Positions 10,001 through 16,912 are shown, counted from the first letter of the stretch. The stretch: DNA of 39,631 nt from an uncultured Methanosarcinales archaeon (GCA_964519225.1 CAZFJK010000007.1:1-39631); one strand, 5' to 3'. The notes: generated by a model not told the origin, from the sequence alone. Made by a program: numbers and translations.

Positions 10001-10370
10001 GTTCATCTCCTGTTAGAGATTGCCTTAAAGTATGGAACTTGCTTCCGTAAAGCAGTTTTGCAAAAATATTTGGAATCTGTCCTTTAACTATTCCAGGACC
10101 ATTGTCCTCAACTATAATCCTGTACCTTCCTCCACTGAGGTGCTTCCTACTATTATTCGGCTCCATATCAATAACTTCCACTAAAACCTCAGGCAAAATT
10201 CCTGCCTCTTCGCAGGCATCAAGTGCATTATCAACAGCTTCTTTCACTGTCGTAAGCAGAGCTTTTTTCTTATTGTCAAATCCGAGCAAATGCCTGTTCT
10301 TTTCGAAAAATTCAGCTACTGAAATCTCTTTCTGCTTTTTTGCAAGTTCAATCGCAGCAGGTTTTTTCAT
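7044..10370 (-). CDS. top6B: DNA topoisomerase VI subunit B, intein-containing precursor (about 555 aa after splicing)
   Basis: SVAEFFEKN, EAVDNALDA, EDNGPG, LLYGSKF..RQ|SRGQQGIGISAA, RFANRVPL. Confidence 0.97.
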   Translation of the reverse strand: MKKPAAIELAKKQKEISVAEFFEKNRHLLGFDNKKKALLTTVKEAVDNALDACEEAGILPEVLVEVIDMEPNNSRKHLSGGRYRIIVEDNGPGIVKGQIPNIFAKLLYGSKFHTLRQSLTGDEPIIVKQNGKIKIVKIGDLIDKYIDTEGVFKCKKLNLEVPCFDWKRYKYSFRPVSHLIKHKRRNEIYKITTLYGKNIKVTGCHSVFTIDKKTLKVKEIQARELKKNDIILAPKKLNIEEDIKEINILDYIDENYAKKHYWYLYTNKKIIAEIFSKAEIIHKKRRNRSRKYFRFINKNRIVDIQEDSYKQYIKKGFLPVWFVKFLNEKITEGVIRTYYHGKEYDVPIIWPLTRNFMKLIGLFIAEGHSDRRQIGFTFSKHERDLVKLVCDVGFTLGTSYTVEERSHSVRVKLFGGLLSYLFRKWCGHGAKNKKIPDFVFNAPHHLRQDCLDYLYVGDGHNTKNRNMLTLATASKELANQIIYLWLMQGVIASYSKKSQKGLGKIPSTMYYVTVYGDDINVSNHFSTRKPTKRRKYNINSRLLLKLLGIPQTQHTLNYLEKLKSLSFDTEYSRKYFERLFNTRKVGYKLKFLLDNNYLVKTANNTYLITQKTKRLCYQLLKLKILLESDFIFLPIKNIEVINDGFEYVYDLSVPGYENFVGGFGAIACHNSRGQQGIGISAAALYAQLTTGKPIKILSRISPKHKAHYFELKIDTKRNQPVVLKDDAVEWKKEHGTRIELDIEGIYQKGLQSIDSYIKQTAIVNPHLTLIYTNPLAEQFIFTRVSDKLPKKPKEIKPHPHGVELGRLLSMLHETKARTLAGFLMNEFCRVGAETAKEICKNAALLPDSNPRELSREAAEKLYQGIQKTKLMAPPTDCITPIGAELLEKSLRKEIKAEFYYAVTRSAAVYRGNPFLIEAAVAYGGEQAADDTITLLRFANRVPLLYQQGACAITKSVQQINWRSYGLQQSKGGLPIGPCTIAVHIASVWVPYTSESKEAIAHYPEIIKEIKLALQECGRRLSGYVKKKRRIIAEGKRRSYIEKYIPHVSEALGELLELKRAEVGKLNVLLKELLEKHRGKLEEIKVDASEFDEEFALDKGGEDEKDEEE
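8361..10019 (-). mobile_element. intein with LAGLIDADG homing endonuclease (553 aa) in Top6B
   Basis: Starts SLTGDEPI; block B VTGCHSVF; LAGLIDADG-like LIGLFIAEG and LDYLYVGDG; ends YVYDLSV...IACHN followed by Ser+1; removal restores RQSRGQQGIG; more AT-rich than the flanks. Confidence 0.96.
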
Positions 10371-10371
10371 T

Positions 10372-10899
10372 TTAAATTAAATATTTAGCCTCTCTTCTTT
10401 TTCTTTCAATCATTCTATAAACAGTTGCATGCTTGCTTCCTTCAAGCAAACCAACAACAGCCTTCCTTGCAATAACAACATCTTCAGCTTTTCCGATTAC
10501 TCCAATTGTTTTACCATAAACAACTATATTTGTATTGGTTAAATTTTCTATATGTCTTCTACTTTTTCCTCCTTCGCCGATCACCCTTCCTTTTAGCCGA
10601 ACTAAATCCTTTTTTGTCTTTGCATAATCACTAATATCAACCAGATCAAAAGCATAATCTCCTTTAAGCAAAAGCATTGCAATCTCTGGATTAAATCCCC
10701 TGCCTACTGCTTTAACAATCTCTCTTGCAGTATAAAGCCCAAGGGCATCATCACCCTGAATAGTAACTTCACCCTCCTTTGAGTCAATAATCAACTTTGT
10801 TTTTGTTGCCCGTTCAATATCTTTTTTAACCTTTCCTTTTTTACCGATCAAAACAGCAATCCTTTCCTTTGGAATCTTTAACTTATAACTAAACTCCAT
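10372..10899 (-). CDS. KH-domain rRNA processing protein (Pno1/Dim2/Krr1 family)
   Basis: RIAVLIGKKG, AVGRGF, RLKGRVIGEGG, GSKHATVY; adjacent to RIO1. Confidence 0.93.
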   Translation of the reverse strand: MEFSYKLKIPKERIAVLIGKKGKVKKDIERATKTKLIIDSKEGEVTIQGDDALGLYTAREIVKAVGRGFNPEIAMLLLKGDYAFDLVDISDYAKTKKDLVRLKGRVIGEGGKSRRHIENLTNTNIVVYGKTIGVIGKAEDVVIARKAVVGLLEGSKHATVYRMIERKRREAKYLI

Positions 10900-10917
10900 A
10901 AAAATCCCGCTCCAGCC

Positions 10918-11637
10918 TTACTTTTTAAACTTTATCTCTTTTAAAACCTCTACTGGTTCGACCTTCAAACCTATTTTGTTAAAAAAATTACAAATCACCC
11001 TTACGTCCCTTTCCCAATAGCTGTTAAAATAAGGATTCTTCTCAACAGTTCCCTGCGATAGATCAATCAGCACAGGCCTTTCATCATGGTTCAAGATATT
11101 AAACGCAGAAAGATCACCGTGAACCAATCCAGCTCTATAAAGCAGCTTTAAATTTTTTAGCAAATCGTCAAAAAACCCATCAACATCTTCAGGAACGGCA
11201 TCCTTTAACTTTGGAGCACTTACAGCCCTGCCGTGTTCATCTTCGTAGCCGATGAATTCCTCAACCAGGACATTATCAAGCACACCTAATGGTGTCGGAA
11301 CTCTAACGCCCGTACTTCTCGCCCTAAATAAATTTCTATATTCCCTTAAAGCCCATGCAAAAACAACCTTCCTTCGCTTCTTTGCAACTCTAAATCTTGG
11401 ATCATACCTGATATAATCGTACATCCTGTTAAAATCGCATGCTGTAATCCTATAAATTTTAACAGCAACCCTTCCGTGCTTGCCTACAGCACTAAAGACA
11501 TTGCTTTCCTTTCCTATCGAGAGCGGACTCTCAAGCCTGTCAAACAATCCTTTTCCAGTTAGCTTAAACAAAACCTCGTATGTCGCTTTATCAAAAACAC
11601 CACCATAAACCTTCCATTCCTCTCGTGCTTTTTTCAT
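10918..11637 (-). CDS. rio1: RIO1-family serine protein kinase
   Basis: GKESNVF, AVKIY, WALREYRNL, LVHGDLSAFNIL, IDLSQ. Confidence 0.93.
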   Translation of the reverse strand: MKKAREEWKVYGGVFDKATYEVLFKLTGKGLFDRLESPLSIGKESNVFSAVGKHGRVAVKIYRITACDFNRMYDYIRYDPRFRVAKKRRKVVFAWALREYRNLFRARSTGVRVPTPLGVLDNVLVEEFIGYEDEHGRAVSAPKLKDAVPEDVDGFFDDLLKNLKLLYRAGLVHGDLSAFNILNHDERPVLIDLSQGTVEKNPYFNSYWERDVRVICNFFNKIGLKVEPVEVLKEIKFKK

Positions 11638-11704
11638 TCAACACAAACAAAGAAATCTAACTCTTAATTTTAACGTAATTACTCAAAAGTAGAAAAAATC
11701 GAAA

Positions 11705-11804
11705 NNNNNNNNNNNNNNNNNNNNNNNNNNNNNNNNNNNNNNNNNNNNNNNNNNNNNNNNNNNNNNNNNNNNNNNNNNNNNNNNNNNNNNNNNNNNNNNN
11801 NNNN
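11705..11804. other. scaffold gap (100 N) flanked by an identical 27-nt sequence
   Basis: ATTACTCAAAAGTAGAAAAAATCGAAA at 11678-11704 and 11805-11831. Confidence 0.95.
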
Positions 11805-11827
11805 ATTACTCAAAAGTAGAAAAAATC

Positions 11828-11862
11828 GAAAGATTTATATATCAGTTACTCCTTACTAATAA
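11828..11862 (+). promoter_or_regulatory. BRE/TATA promoter plus conserved box AGTTACTnnTTAnTAATAA (sRNA copy 1)
   Basis: GAAAGA-TTTATATA (TATA 11834-11841); box 11844-11862 matches 24423-24405 (-) at 16/19 positions. Confidence 0.6.
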
Positions 11863-11948
11863 TAACACCCCCTAATACGAAATATAATAAAAGCTCACCA
11901 ACACCTCTTTTCCTGCGCGGCTCCTTTGGGAGCCGCGTGGGTTTCTTT
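11863..11948 (+). ncRNA. putative small RNA, copy 1 of a two-copy family (variable 5' segment, anti-SD, GC hairpin, U-tract)
   Basis: CACCTCTTTT CCTGCGCGG CTCCTTTGGGAG CCGCGTGGG TTT shared with 24317-24364 (-); tandem U-G/G-U pairs indicate the strand. Confidence 0.6.
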
Positions 11949-11964
11949 CAAAACTTCGCGATAA

Positions 11965-11980
11965 TAAAAAAATTTATATA
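11965..11980 (+). promoter_or_regulatory. BRE/TATA promoter for the H/ACA-like RNA
   Basis: AAAAAAA-TTTATATA ending about 22 nt before the hairpin start at 12003. Confidence 0.55.
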
Positions 11981-12002
11981 ATCATCTAACTTCCTCTCTC
12001 TA

Positions 12003-12084
12003 GCCCGTATTAGTGTTACTCAATCGAGCATTTCCGTTTCCGAGGAAAGCAATGACGATTGAGGGTTAGGTACGGGCAACATGA
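12003..12084 (+). ncRNA. putative archaeal H/ACA box pseudouridylation guide RNA (single hairpin)
   Basis: Lower stem GCCCGUAU/GUACGGGC, internal pocket UAGUGUUA/GGUUAG, upper stem CUCAAUC/GAUUGAG, K-turn-like GA...AAUGA, then A-ACA 15 nt from the top of the pocket. Confidence 0.65.
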
Positions 12085-12121
12085 ACCTTTATAATCACAA
12101 ACAGCGTCAAAACAAAAAAAC

Positions 12122-12220
12122 TTGCCAGAGGGAGCTTATCATGTTCACCAATCAATCACCGAATTCATCGCTAGATAAACGCAAAGCAATGTATTAGAAA
12201 TAGAGAGCTCTTTCTGGCAG
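12122..12220 (+). ncRNA. structured RNA or dnaG leader with a 14-bp basal stem
   Basis: UGCCAGAGGGAGCU (12123-12136) pairs with AGCUCUUUCUGGCA (12206-12219) with two G-U pairs; TTTATAA box at about 12088-12094. Confidence 0.45.
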
Positions 12221-12253
12221 TATAAGAATAAAAAATGATACGGGGTGGTATTT

Positions 12254-13426
12254 ATGGGAAAAATCTCACCTATAGCAGCAAAATATATAATTCACGCTTC
12301 AATCCAAATCGATGGTGTTGTCGAAAGACCCGATGTAATTGGAGCAATATTCGGTCAAACAGAAGGACTCCTCGGCTCAGATCTTGAGCTTAGAGAACTG
12401 CAGCGCAGCGGAAGAATCGGACGCATAGAAGTTAATGTTGATACACGCGCAGGAAAAACATACGGCAGCATAGTCATACCATCTTCTCTCGACAAAGCAG
12501 AAACAGCAATAATAGCAGCCGCTCTTGAAGTAATACAGCGCATTGGCCCTTGCAATGCAAAAATAAAAATAAATGAAATCGAAGATGTCAGGGTCAGCAA
12601 GAGAAAGTATGTGATAGAAAGAGCAAAAGAATTACTGAAACAGCTTACAGAGAGGGTGCTTCCTGATAGCCAGGAATTAGCAGATGAAGTAACTTTAGCA
12701 GTAAGGACAATGGAAATACAGCAATACGGCAAGGACAGGCTTACAGCAGGACCGGCAATAGATGACAGTGATGAGATAATCATTGTTGAAGGTCGTGCAG
12801 ACGTTCTCAACCTGTTAAAACATGGAATCAAGAATGTCATTGCGATGAATGGAACATCCTGCCCAGAAACAATAATCGAGTTAAGTAAAAAGAAAATAGC
12901 AACATTGTTTGTCGATGGCGACAGAGGCGGCGATCTGATAATAAAGGAAGTAACCTCGGTTGCGGATATTGACTTTGTTGCCCGCGCTCCTGATGGCAAA
13001 GAGGTTGAAGAACTCACAAAAAAAGAAATTCACAAAGCACTTCGCAACAAGGTAACGCTTGAACAGGCAAAGCATGAATTACCAAGGGAAAACCATCGAC
13101 ACGTCCATCATCAAATACAAAGACAAAAACAAAAGCCAACAGAAGATGAACTCGCAACTTTTAAGGACTACCTTGAAGACCTGATCGGAACAAGAGGAGC
13201 ATATCTTCTCGATAAAAAACTCAATATCCTTGCAAAAGTACCTGCATCAGAACTTGCATCAACAATCAGAACAATGAATTCACCAATCTATGCAATAGTT
13301 GTCGATGCAATAATCGATCACTCAATGGCAGAGCTTGCTGAAAGAAACAGGATACAATTCATCATTGGAATGGATTCAAAAGTCAAAACAGCAAGAACCT
13401 CAATCCTGACAGTCCAAGACCTGTAG
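12254..13426 (+). CDS. dnaG: archaeal DnaG (primase-like, exosome-associated)
   Basis: [66 protein letters not shown] before the ATG at 12254. Confidence 0.96.
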   Translation: MGKISPIAAKYIIHASIQIDGVVERPDVIGAIFGQTEGLLGSDLELRELQRSGRIGRIEVNVDTRAGKTYGSIVIPSSLDKAETAIIAAALEVIQRIGPCNAKIKINEIEDVRVSKRKYVIERAKELLKQLTERVLPDSQELADEVTLAVRTMEIQQYGKDRLTAGPAIDDSDEIIIVEGRADVLNLLKHGIKNVIAMNGTSCPETIIELSKKKIATLFVDGDRGGDLIIKEVTSVADIDFVARAPDGKEVEELTKKEIHKALRNKVTLEQAKHELPRENHRHVHHQIQRQKQKPTEDELATFKDYLEDLIGTRGAYLLDKKLNILAKVPASELASTIRTMNSPIYAIVVDAIIDHSMAELAERNRIQFIIGMDSKVKTARTSILTVQDL

Positions 13427-13488
13427 TCAAAGCACTAAACAAAAGCAAAAACCAAACTTTTTTATTCTTCCTTTTTATCGCTTCTTTT

Positions 13489-14805
13489 ATGTATGAAATA
13501 ATAATCGGAAGAACAGAATCCGACAAAAAACGCTTCGGAAAGAAAGCAACAATATTTCTCGGAAAACATTACGTTAGAATGGGACAAACAGCTTCTTTAG
13601 CAAGCGATATCTTGCTTGATGTTAACCGCTCGCATGTTGTTTTCGTTTGCGGAAAGAGAGGTTCAGGAAAAAGCTATACTTTAGCCGTAATCTGCGAAGG
13701 CATGCTGGACTTACCCCAAGAAATAAAGCAGAATCTATCCTTCATAATCTTTGACACGATGGGTATCTTCTGGACACTGAAATATCCAAACACAAAGCAA
13801 CGTGATCTGCTCAAACAATGGAATCTCGAACCAAAAGCATTTGATCCAATCATCTATGTTCCGGCAGGACTTTTTAAACAAACAAAAGCACAGGGCTTGC
13901 CAGTAGACCTTCCATTCAGCTTATTGCCGAGCGAACTCTCTGGAACTGACTGGTGCCAAGCCTTTGGTCTTGACCCATTATCGCCTTCAGCAGTACTAAT
14001 CGACCGCATCATCAACGAACTTAAAAAAGAGAAGAAACAATTCACTTTAGATGATATCATCTCAGCCATAAGAAAGGACAAAAAAGCAGACCAGCATACA
14101 AAAGATCTCGTTGAAAGCAACTTTGAAAGAGCAAAGGCATGGGGTCTGTTCAGCGAAAAGGCAACACCGATAGCAGAACTTGCCAAGCCAGGAAAGGTTT
14201 CAATAATTGACATAAGCTGTTACGCAACCATGCCAGGAACTTTCGGTGTAAGAGCATTGGTTATTGGCATCATCTCAAGAAAGCTCTTCATGGAAAGAAT
14301 GGCAGCAAGAAAACTTGAGGAATATGCAGCAATAAAAGAAACAACAACGCTCCTTGCTGAAAAACCGACAAAGCGGAAAACCCCTTTAGTCTGGCTCTTT
14401 CTCGACGAAGCTCACGAGTTCATTCCCCGCGACAGAAAAACAGCAGCATCAGATGCATTGATTACCATACTTCGCGAAGGCAGACAGCCAGGTATTAGCT
14501 TAGTGCTTGCATCGCAGCAACCAGGAAAAATACATACCGACGTGATGACACAATCAGATGTTGTAATAGCACACAGACTCACAGCAAAGATAGATATAGA
14601 TGCGCTTGGCCTGTTAATGCAAACCTATCTTAGAAGAAGCCTCGACAAAGAAATAGACTCCCTTCCAAGGGTAAAAGGAGCAGCAATCATCTTCGACGAA
14701 ATAGTAGAACGCCTGTATCCGATGCGCGTTAGACCGAGAATGAGCTGGCACAGCGGAGAAGCTCCAACAGCCTTAAGAGAAATCAAAGAAGAATTCAAAC
14801 TTTAA
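13489..14805 (+). CDS. HerA/FtsK-family ATPase (DUF87)
   Basis: Walker A GKRGSGKS, IFDTMG, Walker B LFLDEAH, REGRQPG, ASQQP. Confidence 0.9.
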   Translation: MYEIIIGRTESDKKRFGKKATIFLGKHYVRMGQTASLASDILLDVNRSHVVFVCGKRGSGKSYTLAVICEGMLDLPQEIKQNLSFIIFDTMGIFWTLKYPNTKQRDLLKQWNLEPKAFDPIIYVPAGLFKQTKAQGLPVDLPFSLLPSELSGTDWCQAFGLDPLSPSAVLIDRIINELKKEKKQFTLDDIISAIRKDKKADQHTKDLVESNFERAKAWGLFSEKATPIAELAKPGKVSIIDISCYATMPGTFGVRALVIGIISRKLFMERMAARKLEEYAAIKETTTLLAEKPTKRKTPLVWLFLDEAHEFIPRDRKTAASDALITILREGRQPGISLVLASQQPGKIHTDVMTQSDVVIAHRLTAKIDIDALGLLMQTYLRRSLDKEIDSLPRVKGAAIIFDEIVERLYPMRVRPRMSWHSGEAPTALREIKEEFKL

Positions 14806-15970
14806 AGTGATGTCTTCCAAGATTTGCGTAATACTCTAAAATATTAACATCCTTATCTAAATATTCTATCCTATCCCACTTAAGCTTAAGCATACCTCTC
14901 TCAGAAAACCATTCTACTCCAGCAACAAAGTCTTCTCTCCGCAAAACAAAATCTAATTTCTTTGCCTTTCTGCAAAGATGTGCTAATCTTTTTTTGCATT
15001 CATTGACATAGCGATGCCTTAGACATTCATACCTGCGTTTAAACAAGCTGTTTAAAACAAACGCACTAAATTGAGTATATGTTACAGTTGTTCTGTCAAG
15101 AACGTTCATCAACAATTCCTGCGCATCTTCCCTAACATTTGAAAATTCTCTAATATCAATCGGCTCAAAAAATCTAACATAAACAGGATTTCCCTTCATT
15201 ATCTTATTAACATTCAACCAAGCAACAAATAAATTCGAACTTCTTGCTCCTTTCATCTTTCCTTCTTTTGCGCATCTGAAAATCCTTTCATCTTCAGGAA
15301 CCCTTGTATAGCTCAATGCTATCGGTGCAACATATATCGGAATGCTTTCTTCCCTACTTATCCTGCTCGCAAGGTCAATCATTCTCCATTTAGCTTCCTT
15401 TTCTGCTTGCAAACCATCATAAGGTCGTCCAGCTTGTAAAAAACTCAAAACAGCAACCCTCTTTCTTGCCCATCCCCTGACATGCATAGCATAGAATTTC
15501 CAATAAGCAGCACCAACCCTTTTGCTGACGCTTCCTTCAATCAGTTCCCTATCTAAAAAACTTGCTCCAAGCAAAGGTAAGATATACCGTGAAATGCCTT
15601 TAGCAAGATTTTTGCCTGCAACAAAAATCGGAAAAGGCAAATGCATTTGATAAATAGCATAACCTATGACAAAACTATCAAGATTTGAAACATGGTTTGG
15701 AGCATAGAGAATCACGCCACCCTTTCTTTTAATTCTTCTTATCTTATCTACCGCACCAGAATCCGCTTCATCAACGACAAGATGATCGATAACACCTTTC
15801 AGATTAAACGGTAAAGGCAGACCTAAAGCAAATGCAACAAACCTAAAAACAAAATCCTTTTTGTTCGGCTCAACTTCTTTATGCAAAGAATTCAGCTCAA
15901 ATCCAGCATTTCTTAAAATATCCACAAGTTTCTTATCTTGCTTACACTTGCTAAGCGCCCACCAACCCAT
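14795..15970 (-). CDS. glycerolipid acyltransferase (PlsB/PlsC family)
   Basis: Motif I PNHVSNLD, AGKNL, motif II GASFLDR, motif III FLQAGRPYDG, motif IV PIALSYTRVPED. Confidence 0.8.
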   Translation of the reverse strand: MGWWALSKCKQDKKLVDILRNAGFELNSLHKEVEPNKKDFVFRFVAFALGLPLPFNLKGVIDHLVVDEADSGAVDKIRRIKRKGGVILYAPNHVSNLDSFVIGYAIYQMHLPFPIFVAGKNLAKGISRYILPLLGASFLDRELIEGSVSKRVGAAYWKFYAMHVRGWARKRVAVLSFLQAGRPYDGLQAEKEAKWRMIDLASRISREESIPIYVAPIALSYTRVPEDERIFRCAKEGKMKGARSSNLFVAWLNVNKIMKGNPVYVRFFEPIDIREFSNVREDAQELLMNVLDRTTVTYTQFSAFVLNSLFKRRYECLRHRYVNECKKRLAHLCRKAKKLDFVLRREDFVAGVEWFSERGMLKLKWDRIEYLDKDVNILEYYANLGRHHFKV

Positions 15971-16020
15971 CTATATAAAATATATGCAAACCATTATTTA
16001 AAGTTAGTGAAATTCAAATC

Positions 16021-16200
16021 TTAGTAACTTGGTACCTTTGTCATACTAATCATCGCTGCAACAAACATTATTGCAAAGAAAAGCGTAAATGTAAATCCCC
16101 ATGTCGCTGATAAAGGCCACACAAAAAATATCGATAACAACAATCCAACCAATGCTGTCAACATAAAACTTCCGGGCAACGGCGCTATCTTGGATTTCAT
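16021..16200 (-). CDS. small two-TM membrane protein
   Basis: APLPGSFML followed by two hydrophobic helices. Confidence 0.7.
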   Translation of the reverse strand: MKSKIAPLPGSFMLTALVGLLLSIFFVWPLSATWGFTFTLFFAIMFVAAMISMTKVPSY

Positions 16201-16202
16201 TT

Positions 16203-16556
16203 TTAAGCAAAACAAACCTCTTTTTTAATCATCTTCTTGTGTCCCAAACTCAAAGTCAATGGAATAATAATCTTTTCCGGCTTTTCTTTTTCAAATAAGA
16301 AATGTAACGAAATAACTAAGAAATTTGGTTTGTACACAACATACATAAAAGCTTCTTTTATTTTCTTCAAAACATCAGGTTTAACGCCAAGATTTTCACT
16401 CGCATTCAAAATCTCAATCGCAGAAACGAAGCCTTTAAAATCAATATCTATAACGAAATCGCCTATTTCAATAGAAGCCTTAGCCTTTCTTCCTCTAGAT
16501 AAATAAAGAATATCCTCATTCTCGTCGTATATTATTTTTGTATCTGTTTTTGCCAT
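16203..16556 (-). CDS. DUF2283 family protein (putative antitoxin)
   Basis: YDENEDILYL...FVIDID..G.VSAIEILNAS. Confidence 0.85.
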   Translation of the reverse strand: MAKTDTKIIYDENEDILYLSRGRKAKASIEIGDFVIDIDFKGFVSAIEILNASENLGVKPDVLKKIKEAFMYVVYKPNFLVISLHFLFEKEKPEKIIIPLTLSLGHKKMIKKEVCFA

Positions 16557-16889
16557 TTTCTACTCGTTTTCCAAGCTGTTATGATATATAAACATTTTTC
16601 TTTAGGCTCAGAAACAACAACAAGCGTGTATTTTCCACTCAACTTAATACCAAATCTNNNNNNNNNNNNNNNNNNNNNNNNNNNNNNNNNNNNNNNNNNN
16701 NNNNNNNNNNNNNNNNNNNNNNNNNNNNNNNNNNNNNNNNNNNNNNNNNNNNNNNNNATCTTCAGTAATATAAGGCCTCTCTTTCTTTTTCGTATAAAAA
16801 TATGGAACAAACTTTATTTCTTCAATGTTTAATAAAGTTAAAAAGCGCTTAAATTCATCTAAAGTTTTGATCTCTGAAGCGTTCTTCAA
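16532..16889 (-). CDS. DUF4258/RelE-like putative toxin, interrupted by an assembly gap
   Basis: C-terminal LVVV...LYIITAW; overlaps the downstream DUF2283 gene; N run at 16658-16757. Confidence 0.55.
16658..16757. other. scaffold gap (100 N)
   Basis: Run of N. Confidence 1.
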
Positions 16890-16912
16890 CTATAAACACC
16901 TTATCAAATTCT

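Noticed and set aside
11844..11948. CRISPR array or IS/MITE interpretation of the two-copy element
   Set aside because: No tandem repeat-spacer units, no cas or transposase gene in the window, and no terminal inverted repeats or target-site duplication.
12003..12077. SECIS element (AUGA/GA motif)
   Set aside because: AUGA is on the 3' strand, the reverse of SECIS orientation. No gene with an in-frame TGA is adjacent, and the ACA box and pocket fit H/ACA better.
12042..12140. RNase P RNA (GAGGAAAG at 12042 and CAGAGGGAGCUUA at about 12126 resemble CR-I and CR-V)
   Set aside because: P4 would have only about 4 bp (AAGC/GCUU), with no GUCC-type strand. The span is too short, and both pieces sit inside other, stronger hairpins.
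12081..12197. 38-aa upstream ORF MNLYNHKQRQ...KAMY before dnaG
   Set aside because: No SD or motif, and it overlaps a TATA box and a structured stem. It cannot be supported without ribosome profiling.
12355..13017. 220-aa antisense ORF inside dnaG (and similar shadow ORFs throughout the track)
   Set aside because: Ser/Ile-rich reverse reads of well-supported genes, with no motifs.
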